From positions 1,438-65,437 of the forward strand of contig CAMAXK010000004.1 of the NCBI GenBank assembly GCA_945862365.1: 64,000 nt of DNA, given 5' to 3'. This stretch comes from Chlamydia trachomatis (lineage in GTDB: Bacteria; Chlamydiota; Chlamydiia; Chlamydiales; 2-12-FULL-49-11). Positions within the stretch are counted from its first letter, which is position 1. The number at the start of each line of letters is the position of its first letter. This document shows, one piece after another, positions 53,634 through 62,043 of this stretch. Made by a program: the position numbers and the translations under genes. A model generated the notes under the pieces. It did no database searches. It was not told the origin of the DNA and worked only from the letters and a program-made list of their open reading frames with translations.

Positions 53634-55411
53634 ATAAAAACCCTTTCGATGATGTTCCCGATAAGTGCGGCGTATATATCATGAAGGATAAAGATCAGCA
53701 TATTCTTTATATCGGTAAAGCGATCAATATTAAAAAGAGAATGCAAAGTTATCAAAGTGGTCGAGAAGATGGACGTCTTCAAATCCCATTTCTTTTGGAA
53801 AAAGTAGCTTATATTGATACTTTTATCACTTTTTCAGAAAAAGAAGCCCTTATTTTAGAAAATACCCTTATCAAAAAGCATAAGCCAAAATATAACATCC
53901 TTTTAAAAGATGATAAAAATTATACTTGCCTTGCAATCGACACCTCTCATTCCTATCCATCCATTTCTTTACAGCGCTTTCCCATGAAAGATGATAAAGG
54001 TTATGTTATTTCCAAACCATTTACCTCGAATTTATCGGCAAAAACCCATTTTGAAATCATAAGACGAGTCTTTCATTTAAGGTCTTGTAGCGATAGTGAG
54101 TTTAAATCAAGAACAAGGCCATGCATTTTGTACAATATTGATAAGTGCAGCGCCCCATGTGTAAAAAAATGTACAAAAAGCCTCTATCAAAGCTCTGTAG
54201 ATAGTGCAAAACTTTATCTACTTGGCGATACAAAGACAGTTACTGCTCACCTAAAGGAAGAAAGAGAAACCGCTTCAAAAGATCTTCTTTATGAAAAGGC
54301 AGCTCACTATCACAAAATGCTCCTTGCCATCGATGGGGTTAAACCACATACCGTTACCGTCACTGCTTCAGAAAATATCGATGTCTTTGCCCTCATTCAA
54401 AAATCAGGGTTTTGCATTATCTACAAACTTGAATTTAGAAATGGCCTTCTTATAGATGGTAAAGATTATAGTTTTTCAAATATTGCAAGTGACTCAAATG
54501 CTGCCCTTACCACGTTTCTTTTACAGCACTATGAAATGATGCAAGAAAAACCTGATTATCTCTATACACCCGAAACTCTTCCAATGGAAAAGGATCTTAG
54601 CTCAATTTTAGACATTAAAATCTCCTCCCCAAAAATTGGAGTAAAGCAAAAACTCTTATCACTTGCTCTAGAAAATGCAAAAGAAATCATGGATAGAGAG
54701 TACTTAGAACAAAAGCCCTCTGACAATATTCTTATCGAACTTAAAAACGCACTTACCTTGAAAAATATACCCGTTATGATCGAATGCCTTGACACCTCAT
54801 GTCTTGCCGGAAAAGATTCTGTCGCAGCTGTCGTAGTTTATAAAAATGGTAACCCTGATCGATCCCTCTACCGCAATTATCACATTAATACAAAAAGTTA
54901 TTCTGATGATATCTCGGCAATGAAAGAGGTTATTATAAGACGCTATAGCAAACAAACCACCCTTCCTGATCTAATTATTATCGATGGTGGAAAAGGGCAA
55001 CTTGGAGTGCTCCAAAAAAGCTTAGAAGAGTTAAATATCATAAATGTAGAGATTATTGCTCTTACAAAAGAGGAAAGTCGTCATGATAAAGGACTTACAA
55101 AAGAGCGCGTATTCATCCCGGGCCAAAAAGAACCCATCATCCTTGATAGACATAGCCATTTACTCTTTTTTCTACAAAATGTACGTGATGAAGCACATAG
55201 AAGAGCGATATCTTTTCATAGAAAGAAAAAAGGTAAAACCACAACCGCCTCAATACTTGACGTAATTGAAGGCATTGGACCTAAGAAAAAAGCTCTTTTA
55301 CTTAAAACCTTTGGATCTGTCGAAGGAATTAAATCTGCCGAAGATGCTGATTTACTGACCTTACCCTCCATTTCGACAAAAGATGTCAAAAACCTAAGGG
55401 AAATCCTTTAA
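53612..55411 (+). CDS. uvrC: excinuclease ABC subunit C
   Basis: 599 aa. GIY-YIG ..CGVYIMKD....ILYIGKAINIKKR.. C-terminal (HhH)2 region. Overlaps the mutS end by 22 nt. Confidence 0.95.
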   Translation: MEKKSSVDKNPFDDVPDKCGVYIMKDKDQHILYIGKAINIKKRMQSYQSGREDGRLQIPFLLEKVAYIDTFITFSEKEALILENTLIKKHKPKYNILLKDDKNYTCLAIDTSHSYPSISLQRFPMKDDKGYVISKPFTSNLSAKTHFEIIRRVFHLRSCSDSEFKSRTRPCILYNIDKCSAPCVKKCTKSLYQSSVDSAKLYLLGDTKTVTAHLKEERETASKDLLYEKAAHYHKMLLAIDGVKPHTVTVTASENIDVFALIQKSGFCIIYKLEFRNGLLIDGKDYSFSNIASDSNAALTTFLLQHYEMMQEKPDYLYTPETLPMEKDLSSILDIKISSPKIGVKQKLLSLALENAKEIMDREYLEQKPSDNILIELKNALTLKNIPVMIECLDTSCLAGKDSVAAVVVYKNGNPDRSLYRNYHINTKSYSDDISAMKEVIIRRYSKQTTLPDLIIIDGGKGQLGVLQKSLEELNIINVEIIALTKEESRHDKGLTKERVFIPGQKEPIILDRHSHLLFFLQNVRDEAHRRAISFHRKKKGKTTTASILDVIEGIGPKKKALLLKTFGSVEGIKSAEDADLLTLPSISTKDVKNLREIL

Positions 55412-55878
55412 ACTGTGACAAACTCTTCTAAATCATTTATTTCTGAAGATTTACTGGCTTCCTCATCCTGAAGTTTTGGTCTTATCAATAAAAGATTTTT
55501 AAATACTACATGCACAGATCTTACGTGTAAGCCAGTAAGTCTTGTCACCTCTTGAACAATTTTTGCTTGGATTTCTTCTGATTTCTCTGGAAGTGAGATG
55601 TCATAATAGACATTTAATTCAACTTTTATGCTAACTGTTCTATTTTTAACATCTTGCTCTACAAAAATTCCTTTAATTCTTTCCAACCCTTCTCTGCCTA
55701 AAATGTTATCAATCAAGGTTCCCTCAAGAAGAGCTATTCCATCAATACTAGATAGGCATTTGATTGTAATTGCTTGAAATACACGGGTTTCTATATCTCT
55801 AATATAAATTGTTTCGGGAATGTCCATTTCTTTTGTATCAATATCATCAAAATTATCTAAACCATCATTTCTTTCCAT
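55408..55878 (-). CDS. Asp23/Gls24 (alkaline shock protein) family protein
   Basis: 156 aa, acidic. The pattern ..IETRVFQAITIKCLSSIDGIA.. then ..VSIKVELNVYYDISLPEKSEEIQAKIVQEVTRLTGLHVRSVHVVF.. fits the Asp23 family. Confidence 0.6.
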   Translation of the reverse strand: MERNDGLDNFDDIDTKEMDIPETIYIRDIETRVFQAITIKCLSSIDGIALLEGTLIDNILGREGLERIKGIFVEQDVKNRTVSIKVELNVYYDISLPEKSEEIQAKIVQEVTRLTGLHVRSVHVVFKNLLLIRPKLQDEEASKSSEINDLEEFVTV

Positions 55879-56083
55879 TATATACCCTCCAGCAACAAAT
55901 ATTACCTTAATTTTCCTGTATTTATTAGATTTAAAGCAATATTAAAATGAATATTACCTGTAAAAATTATTTTGATCTGTTTGAAGATCATTTGTTTATA
56001 ATGCAGTTTTGATGTACAATCAACAAACCCTTTCCTAAAAGGGACAAAACCACTACGATGCAGATATACTAGGAGAATCGTAA

Positions 56084-56590
56084 ATGAACGAACCAAGCAC
56101 TCTTTTTACCATTTTTACGCTACTTGTATCGGTGGTATTTGCTGTAAGTTGTTATACGCTGGCTAAAAAAAAGGAGCGTAATGAAAAACTTTGGGCTATT
56201 TTAGGCCTTTTTTTTGGTGCCTTAGCTCTTTTAATCATCGTATTTCTCCCTAAAAAACAAAATACGATCAAAACTCCCATTCAAGAAACCTCTGGCTCTA
56301 TTGCTTCTATTCAAAGCGAGGCTGCACAACCCTTTGATACTGAGGATAGCTATGAGCTTCCAAAAGCTCCCCGCATCCCTGGAAGTAAGAGCCTTAACTG
56401 GTACTATATTAATGCAAAAAAGGATGATGAAATCAAAGGTCCCTTTTCCATCAATACACTTAGAAAGGAAATCTTTGATAATAAACTGGATGGATCTACC
56501 TATATTTGGTGTGAAGAGTTAGAGGATTGGGCTCTTATTTCAGAGTTTTCAAACTGTAATCTTATCCTTGATCCTGACTTCATCGAATAG
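56084..56590 (+). CDS. membrane protein with a C-terminal GYF_2 (DUF4339)-like domain
   Basis: 168 aa. Two N-terminal TM segments. C-terminal ..WYYINAKKDDEIKGPFSINTLRKEIFDNKLDGSTYIWCEELEDWALISE.. fits the GYF_2 pattern (WYY..G...GP.....L......I...T.VW...M..W). Confidence 0.6.
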   Translation: MNEPSTLFTIFTLLVSVVFAVSCYTLAKKKERNEKLWAILGLFFGALALLIIVFLPKKQNTIKTPIQETSGSIASIQSEAAQPFDTEDSYELPKAPRIPGSKSLNWYYINAKKDDEIKGPFSINTLRKEIFDNKLDGSTYIWCEELEDWALISEFSNCNLILDPDFIE

Positions 56591-56669
56591 ACATCTTTCA
56601 AAAGAACTCTATTAAAATAATTCATTTGTATATCAAAACAATTTTGAAAAAAATATTCAATAAAAAAAA

Positions 56670-56691
56670 CCTAAATCTATAAAGATTTAGG
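56670..56691 (-). terminator. rho-independent terminator after rpsN (possibly bidirectional)
   Basis: Perfect 9-bp stem cctaaatct-ataa-agatttagg. It is flanked by an A8 run upstream on the plus strand, which is T8 downstream on the minus strand, and by cttt downstream on the plus strand. Confidence 0.7.
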
Positions 56692-56721
56692 CTTTAAAAA
56701 CTAATAGTAAAGTTTTTTATT

Positions 56722-57027
56722 CTACCATGAAGATTTTGTAATACCAGGAATTAGACCTGCTAATGCCATTTCTCTAAAGAACTGTCTTGATAATCCAAAT
56801 TTTCTCATATATCCTCTTGATCTACCAGAAATTTGACATCTATTTCTAAGACGAGTCTTTGAAGTATCTCTTTTCATTTTGGTCAAATCATCCATAGCTT
56901 TAATTCTATCCTCTTCAGGAGTGTCATAAGCTTTAATAATTTTCTTTAAATTAGCACGTTTTACCGCTCCAATTTTAACTAATTTTTCACGACGCTTTTC
57001 TTTTTCAACCAGTGCTTTCCTAGCCAT
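56722..57027 (-). CDS. rpsN: 30S ribosomal protein S14 (long, zinc-independent type)
   Basis: 101 aa. [14 protein letters not shown] and the C-terminus ..[24 protein letters not shown]. Confidence 0.9.
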   Translation of the reverse strand: MARKALVEKEKRREKLVKIGAVKRANLKKIIKAYDTPEEDRIKAMDDLTKMKRDTSKTRLRNRCQISGRSRGYMRKFGLSRQFFREMALAGLIPGITKSSW

Positions 57028-57039
57028 GTGATCTCCTCT

Positions 57040-57177
57040 CTATTTTTTTCTTGCAGGTCCAGTTTGACGCTGCTTGCGATTTGGATCAAGTTTGTTTATT
57101 ACGTAAAGTCTTCCTCTACGACGAACCAACTGGTCCCCTTTGCTTTTGTCTGCTTTGACAGATGCTCGTACTTTCAT
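57040..57177 (-). CDS. rpmJ: 50S ribosomal protein L36, Cys-less (zinc-independent) type
   Basis: Not in the ORF track (45 aa). The minus strand reads [45 protein letters not shown]. This is the L36 scaffold with all four zinc-ligand positions substituted. Lies 12 nt upstream of rpsN. Confidence 0.85.
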   Translation of the reverse strand: MKVRASVKADKSKGDQLVRRRGRLYVINKLDPNRKQRQTGPARKK

Positions 57178-57218
57178 TTGGATTCCTATTTCTTCTCAGT
57201 TTATTTATTGATGCAGCA

Positions 57219-57247
57219 ATCATAACATTTGGTAGAATTATTGACAA
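57219..57247 (-). promoter_or_regulatory. candidate promoter for rpmJ-rpsN (TTGTCA-17 nt-TATGAT)
   Basis: Minus strand: TTGTCA (57247-57242), 17-nt spacer, TATGAT (57224-57219). About 42 nt upstream of the rpmJ ATG. Confidence 0.45.
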
Positions 57248-57269
57248 ATATTATCTGCTCTGCTATTCT
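57241..57269 (+). promoter_or_regulatory. candidate promoter for rpmH-rnpA (TTGACA-17 nt-TATTCT)
   Basis: Plus strand: TTGACA (57241-57246), 17-nt spacer, TATTCT (57264-57269). About 40 nt upstream of the rpmH ATG. Its -35 overlaps the -35 of the divergent rpmJ promoter. Confidence 0.45.
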
Positions 57270-57309
57270 TTCTGTCATTACATTAATAAAAATTTGAGAG
57301 TTACGCATT

Positions 57310-57444
57310 ATGAAAAGAACTTATCAACCAAGCAAGATCAAAAGACAAAGATCTCACGGGTTTCGTGCAAGAATGGCAACAAAGGGTGGACGTAGAGTTA
57401 TCGCCAGAAGAAGACAAAGGGGTCGTCACCAATTAACAATCTAG
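57310..57444 (+). CDS. rpmH: 50S ribosomal protein L34
   Basis: Not in the ORF track as such (44 aa). Reads [44 protein letters not shown], canonical L34. Followed by rnpA. Confidence 0.9.
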   Translation: MKRTYQPSKIKRQRSHGFRARMATKGGRRVIARRRQRGRHQLTI

Positions 57445-57464
57445 GTTTTTCTTTTAAAAAAGAA

Positions 57465-57809
57465 ATGCATGTACGAAAGAAATGGGAATTTGGCAAGATT
57501 CGTAGAGATGGAATTAAACATTATGGTAAATATGTTTGTTTTCAATTCACAAAAGAGCCTAGCCTATCTTCAAAAATTGGTTTGACTGTTTCTAGAAAGT
57601 ACGGCAATGCGGTAGAGAGAAATTTCTTTAAAAGACGCATGAGAGAATTATTTCGATCAAATAGACCTGATCTTGCTCTTTCTATCCAAGTTAACATTCT
57701 TCCCTTGAAATTAGGTAAAGTAGCTTCATTTGAAGAACTTTCAGAAGATTGGGAAAATTTTATGAGCTATTTAACTAAGGGCGAACATGAGAAGGCAATT
57801 AAATCCTGA
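57465..57809 (+). CDS. rnpA: ribonuclease P protein component
   Basis: 114 aa, basic. ..GLTVSRKYGNAVERNFFKRRMRELFR.. (RNR-like motif). Directly after rpmH. Confidence 0.85.
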   Translation: MHVRKKWEFGKIRRDGIKHYGKYVCFQFTKEPSLSSKIGLTVSRKYGNAVERNFFKRRMRELFRSNRPDLALSIQVNILPLKLGKVASFEELSEDWENFMSYLTKGEHEKAIKS

Positions 57810-59643
57810 ACAGTTAAGGGCCTGTCTTGCCATAAAAGGTAAAGTCTTAGTACTTGCCGGAGCAGGATCAGGAAAAACCTCTGTGCTCACAGAAAGAATT
57901 CTTCATCTTATTAAAGATCATAATGTTGCCCCAAATGCTATTTTAGGCTTAACTTTTACCAATAAAGCAGCCGCAGAAATGAGAGAGCGAATTACTGCAG
58001 TGGTAGGAAAAACAACTTCATCCCTTATTCCTCTCATGACTTTTCATAGCTTTTGCCTAGATGTATTAAAAAAAGAAATTCACCACTTAGGTTATACCAA
58101 GACTTTTTCCCTCTATGATGATCGAGATAAGATGCGTCTTGAAGAAGAAGTTTATCAAAAGCTCTCTAATGAAGAGATTAAAGAGATCAAAGTCGATGAC
58201 TTTCGCAAGGGTATGACAGAGGTTTTAAAAGCTTATAATGCAGTTGATTTTGATGGTCTGCTTGAACTAACTGTTAAGCTGTTTAAGGAACATCCATCAG
58301 TACTTGCCAAATATCAAAAGCAGTTTCAATATGTAATGATCGATGAGTATCAAGATACCAATCAGGTTCAATATGAACTCATCTGCTTTTTAACTGCAAA
58401 AAGTGGAAACTTATTTGTCGTTGGCGATGATGATCAGGCAATTTATGGATTTCGCGGTGCTGAAGTAGATCATATTCTCTCCTTTCCTCATGATACTTCG
58501 ATCAAATTAGAAGAAAACTATCGATCTACCCAGCCCATTTTAGATATTGCAAATGCCGTAATTAGCAAAAACTCCAAGCGGCATGATAAGTCTTTATTTT
58601 CTAAAAAAAGAAGCGGAAATAAGCCAAAGCTTTTTCATGCCCCTACTGAAAAAGAAGAAGCAGAAAGCATTATCCATAGACTTCTGTACCTAAACAAGGA
58701 AAAAGGTCTTAAATGGAGCGATATTGCTATTTTATATAGATCTAATAACCTCTCTAAACCCTTTGAGGTAGCACTTATGCAGGCTTCCTGGAATAAAGAT
58801 GGTCAGTTTGTTAGAGGTATCCCCTACCATGTAGTGCAAGGACTCTCCTTCTATCAACGATCTGAGGTAAAAGATCTGTTTGCTTATCTTAAGGTTCTTA
58901 ATAACCCAAAAGATACCACAGCCTTATTAAGAATCATTAACTACCCAAAACGTGGTATCTCAACGGCAACAATAGAGGCGCTAAATAAAGAAGCAGATCG
59001 ATTAAAGTGCTCAGTATACGATGTTTTAGACCATTTTGACCACTTAGACATCTCATCTGCTGGAAAAGTAGGGCTCTCTACTTTCAACTCTATTCTCCAT
59101 AAAGCAAAAGCAAAAAAGACACTTACTGAAACTGTTCAATTTCTAATTGATGAATTGCATGTAAAAGAAGAAATTGAAAAAGAGGTGAAAAGCGAAAATG
59201 CAAGAATGTTTAAATGGGATAATATTACCACAATTTTAGATATGGCCGCCTCTGCAGATGAGGAACACACCACCTTAGCAGACTTTGTTAATGGTTGTAT
59301 TTTAGATGATCATAAACATTCAAAAAACAAAAAAGATAAAGGGGTTAACCTTCTTACGTTCCATAGTGCAAAAGGGCTTGAATTCAAGGCTTGTTTTATT
59401 GTATCCCTAGAAGATGGGATTATGCCTCATGATAAAAGCCTAGAAGAAGGTGGTATCGAAGAAGAGCGCCGTCTGTTTTATGTAGCCATCACTCGAGCAA
59501 AAGAATACCTCTACCTTTCCATGGCAAGAAAGCGTCTCTTTCGTGGAAAGCCGATGAGCAGAAATGCCTGCCGGTTTCTTTTTGAAATCCCAAAAGAGAT
59601 GCTTGATTTTGAAGTTTTTAATAACTTTCAGCCTTTACAATAA
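57787..59643 (+). CDS. uvrD: ATP-dependent DNA helicase, UvrD/PcrA/Rep family (SF1)
   Basis: 618 aa. ..LNPEQL.A......VLVLAGAGSGKTSVLT.., ..IDEYQDTN.., ..VGDDDQAIYGFRGA.., ..LEENYRST.., ..TFHSAKGLEF.., ..RRLFYVAITRAK.. Confidence 0.9.
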   Translation: MRRQLNPEQLRACLAIKGKVLVLAGAGSGKTSVLTERILHLIKDHNVAPNAILGLTFTNKAAAEMRERITAVVGKTTSSLIPLMTFHSFCLDVLKKEIHHLGYTKTFSLYDDRDKMRLEEEVYQKLSNEEIKEIKVDDFRKGMTEVLKAYNAVDFDGLLELTVKLFKEHPSVLAKYQKQFQYVMIDEYQDTNQVQYELICFLTAKSGNLFVVGDDDQAIYGFRGAEVDHILSFPHDTSIKLEENYRSTQPILDIANAVISKNSKRHDKSLFSKKRSGNKPKLFHAPTEKEEAESIIHRLLYLNKEKGLKWSDIAILYRSNNLSKPFEVALMQASWNKDGQFVRGIPYHVVQGLSFYQRSEVKDLFAYLKVLNNPKDTTALLRIINYPKRGISTATIEALNKEADRLKCSVYDVLDHFDHLDISSAGKVGLSTFNSILHKAKAKKTLTETVQFLIDELHVKEEIEKEVKSENARMFKWDNITTILDMAASADEEHTTLADFVNGCILDDHKHSKNKKDKGVNLLTFHSAKGLEFKACFIVSLEDGIMPHDKSLEEGGIEEERRLFYVAITRAKEYLYLSMARKRLFRGKPMSRNACRFLFEIPKEMLDFEVFNNFQPLQ

Positions 59644-59671
59644 ACTCTCCCGACACCTTAGGGAAGATGAC

Positions 59672-61414
59672 TCATTTGACTATTTCATCTAAAAAGTAGG
59701 TTTCAAAACTCCACATCTGTGCTGTTGCATCCTTCACTAAAATCCTAAAAAATTTTGTATCCGCTGAAGCGGGTAAGTTCACCGAATGAATCAAATCACT
59801 CGGCCCTGCTGCTAGAGAAAAAGTATAGCTACCTGTCCAATTTTCTTGAACAGATAGCGCATCCCCAGCTCCCCAGCATAAGGTAACATTTGAGGAAAGA
59901 GAAGTGTTTGTTAAAAATTCAACAGTACATTCGTTATTAGATGAAAGGGTGATATTTTTTATTTCAGGAATAAAGGGCAGAGTAAAAAAACCTTCTAGTT
60001 TATTAGGGCACATATAAATCGGACGATTTACAATTTCAGACTTTTGGATGGTTTTTTCCTCTTGCTTTGTATTTTGCAAACCACCGGTTGATGCAAAGAA
60101 ATATTGCCCATCTTCAGTGATCCCTCTTCTATGGTTAGTGATAGTTGAATATTTTGGAAGAAAGGATTGATCTAAGTCAAACCATTGACCATCAGAGTCA
60201 CATACAAAACCTCTATAGTTAATCTCTCTAACTTTATGATTGCTCCTTTCCTTAAAAGCAGCTCCTGGTACTTCAATAAAAGCATTGGTCTTTAATTTTT
60301 CAAGGGGCCTTTGATCATATTTTCGCCCCACAGTGTATAATTGCCACTTATTTGTTCCTTCATTCCAAAAATAGCTATAAAAAGTTCTAAAAGCCCCATC
60401 GTTACTATATCTTAATCCAATCACATACTTTTTAGAGGTGTTGTTATCAAAGATATTCCAATTTTTGACTTTCACACCAGTTCCTTCCGGTGAATCCCAT
60501 TTACTAAACTCCCCTACACTTGAACCAATTCCAAGTAAATGAGATTGCATACTTATCGGTAGTAACTCTTCTGAAGCAGAGGAGCTCCAAATAGACATGT
60601 TCATGCCGCTGACAAGCCCATTTTGCTTAAAAATGGGTCCATAATATCCAAATTCTGTAGTAAGTGGTGAAAAATGACTAAACTCACTTTCAGTGGTAAG
60701 CTCCATAATCCATGCTTGAACATCGATTGGATTTTTAGAACTCTTCCAAGATGAATAGACAGCTTCGGGACGCCATCTTTCTCTTACTACATAGCCATTT
60801 ACAACAGGACAACCGCTTAGTCTAACATTCAACATCTTTAATGCATTTTTATTTTGTGTCTTGACCAATTTAATTTTAAATGTATGCAAACCCTCCTTTA
60901 TATCAAAAAAGGTAAATTCCATATTTCCAGACGATACCATCGCATCTGTAATAACCACTGAAATAGGGTTACCATCATCTATTTGAACTAAAAATGTAGT
61001 TCCTATCTCTTTACTTGTCGCAGATATTATACAATCTGTATGAATATCTCCAATTACTGTTGTGATAAAGCTCCACTCTAACTGATCATTTACTCGATTA
61101 AAACCTCTAATAGATCCAAACTCTTTTTGTTGATTTAACCCCAAACCACTATTATTTTGCTCATCCCCAAGGGTTAAAACCCCTATAGGAGTAAAAAACA
61201 CTTCATTAGGACCTAGGTAAAGATATCGATTATTCGATGTTTGAACTTTATAATAAATAGGACTACCTTCTTTATCGGCACCAAACTCTAATTCAGAAAC
61301 CTCTTTATATAATTGACTTTGATAATCACTAACGCTGTAGACTTCAAAAGATAGTAGCTTTCCTGAAAAAATAATGGAGTAAATTAATAAAATTGAAAAA
61401 AATGCCTTACCCAT
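59672..61414 (-). CDS. secreted beta-rich protein, possibly DUF5077/DUF3472-like (putative glycan-binding or glycoside-hydrolase-like)
   Basis: 580 aa. Signal-like N-terminus MGKAFFSILLIYSIIFSG. Rich in W/Y/G/N. The central ..RERWRPEAVYSSWKS.., ..GYYGPIF.., ..MSIWSS.. and ..YSYFWNEGTNKWQLY.. remind me of DUF3472 proteins. This is unverified. Confidence 0.5.
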   Translation of the reverse strand: MGKAFFSILLIYSIIFSGKLLSFEVYSVSDYQSQLYKEVSELEFGADKEGSPIYYKVQTSNNRYLYLGPNEVFFTPIGVLTLGDEQNNSGLGLNQQKEFGSIRGFNRVNDQLEWSFITTVIGDIHTDCIISATSKEIGTTFLVQIDDGNPISVVITDAMVSSGNMEFTFFDIKEGLHTFKIKLVKTQNKNALKMLNVRLSGCPVVNGYVVRERWRPEAVYSSWKSSKNPIDVQAWIMELTTESEFSHFSPLTTEFGYYGPIFKQNGLVSGMNMSIWSSSASEELLPISMQSHLLGIGSSVGEFSKWDSPEGTGVKVKNWNIFDNNTSKKYVIGLRYSNDGAFRTFYSYFWNEGTNKWQLYTVGRKYDQRPLEKLKTNAFIEVPGAAFKERSNHKVREINYRGFVCDSDGQWFDLDQSFLPKYSTITNHRRGITEDGQYFFASTGGLQNTKQEEKTIQKSEIVNRPIYMCPNKLEGFFTLPFIPEIKNITLSSNNECTVEFLTNTSLSSNVTLCWGAGDALSVQENWTGSYTFSLAAGPSDLIHSVNLPASADTKFFRILVKDATAQMWSFETYFLDEIVK

Positions 61415-61539
61415 CTTCCCTCACAAAAATTAAATTTAAAGAATTAATATATAGAATCTTTAATTTTAATCAAATAGAATTTCAAAAGGTGGCAAATATT
61501 TATATTTACTTTCCCTCCAAAACATGAATATACTGTTGC

Positions 61540-62043
61540 ATGCAAAAATACCCAGCAACCATTATCTTACGCCATCGTAGAGAAAATTTAAAAAAATGCT
61601 CCCTTAGAGGGCTTGAAGAGCTCTCCTCCTTTTCTTTTTACACTTACCCAAAAGACCATCTTCCAGAACATGCAGGCTATATTCTTTTATCTTTAGGGGA
61701 AAAAGAGCTTTCCTATGAAGATAAAGACTATGGCATCTATTTAATTGATGGAACATGGAAGCTTGCTTCCAAGATGGACAAAACATTACCATTTCACCCA
61801 GAAAAACGCTCTCTTCCAAAAGGATTTAAAACAGCCTACCGAAGACGACAAGAGGATTGTGAAGATCCAGAAAGTGGGCTAGCAAGTATCGAGGCACTTT
61901 ATATCGCCTATGTAATCCTTGACAGAACTGATGAATCATTACTTGATAACTACCATTTCAAAGATGAGTTTTTAGCCAAAAACCATGAACTTTTACAAAA
62001 GTACACAAACAGAGACCACAAGCTCTGCAATAATTGCCATTAA
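61540..62043 (+). CDS. DTW-domain / Tsr3-like (TDD superfamily) putative aminocarboxypropyl transferase
   Basis: 167 aa. D-T-W hallmark in ..YLIDGTWKLASKM.. The N-terminal ..IILRHRRENLKKCSLRGLEE.. resembles the Tsr3 opening. Confidence 0.6.
   Translation: MQKYPATIILRHRRENLKKCSLRGLEELSSFSFYTYPKDHLPEHAGYILLSLGEKELSYEDKDYGIYLIDGTWKLASKMDKTLPFHPEKRSLPKGFKTAYRRRQEDCEDPESGLASIEALYIAYVILDRTDESLLDNYHFKDEFLAKNHELLQKYTNRDHKLCNNCH

Noticed and set aside
55902-56096. 64-aa minus-strand ORF in the Asp23-like/GYF_2 gene spacer
   Set aside because: There is no RBS, it lies in an AT-rich intergenic region, and it overlaps the start of the plus-strand gene. More likely the region holds promoters and leaders. 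Small hairpins (cccttt-ccta-aaaggg and tgatc-tgtttgaa-gatca) were noted but are too weak to call.
57028-57395. Plus-strand ORFs 57028-57225 (65 aa) and 57162-57395 (77 aa)
   Set aside because: The first is antisense to the true rpmJ (L36). The second is out of frame over the rpmH (L34) start. Recognisable L36 and L34 sequences explain the region.
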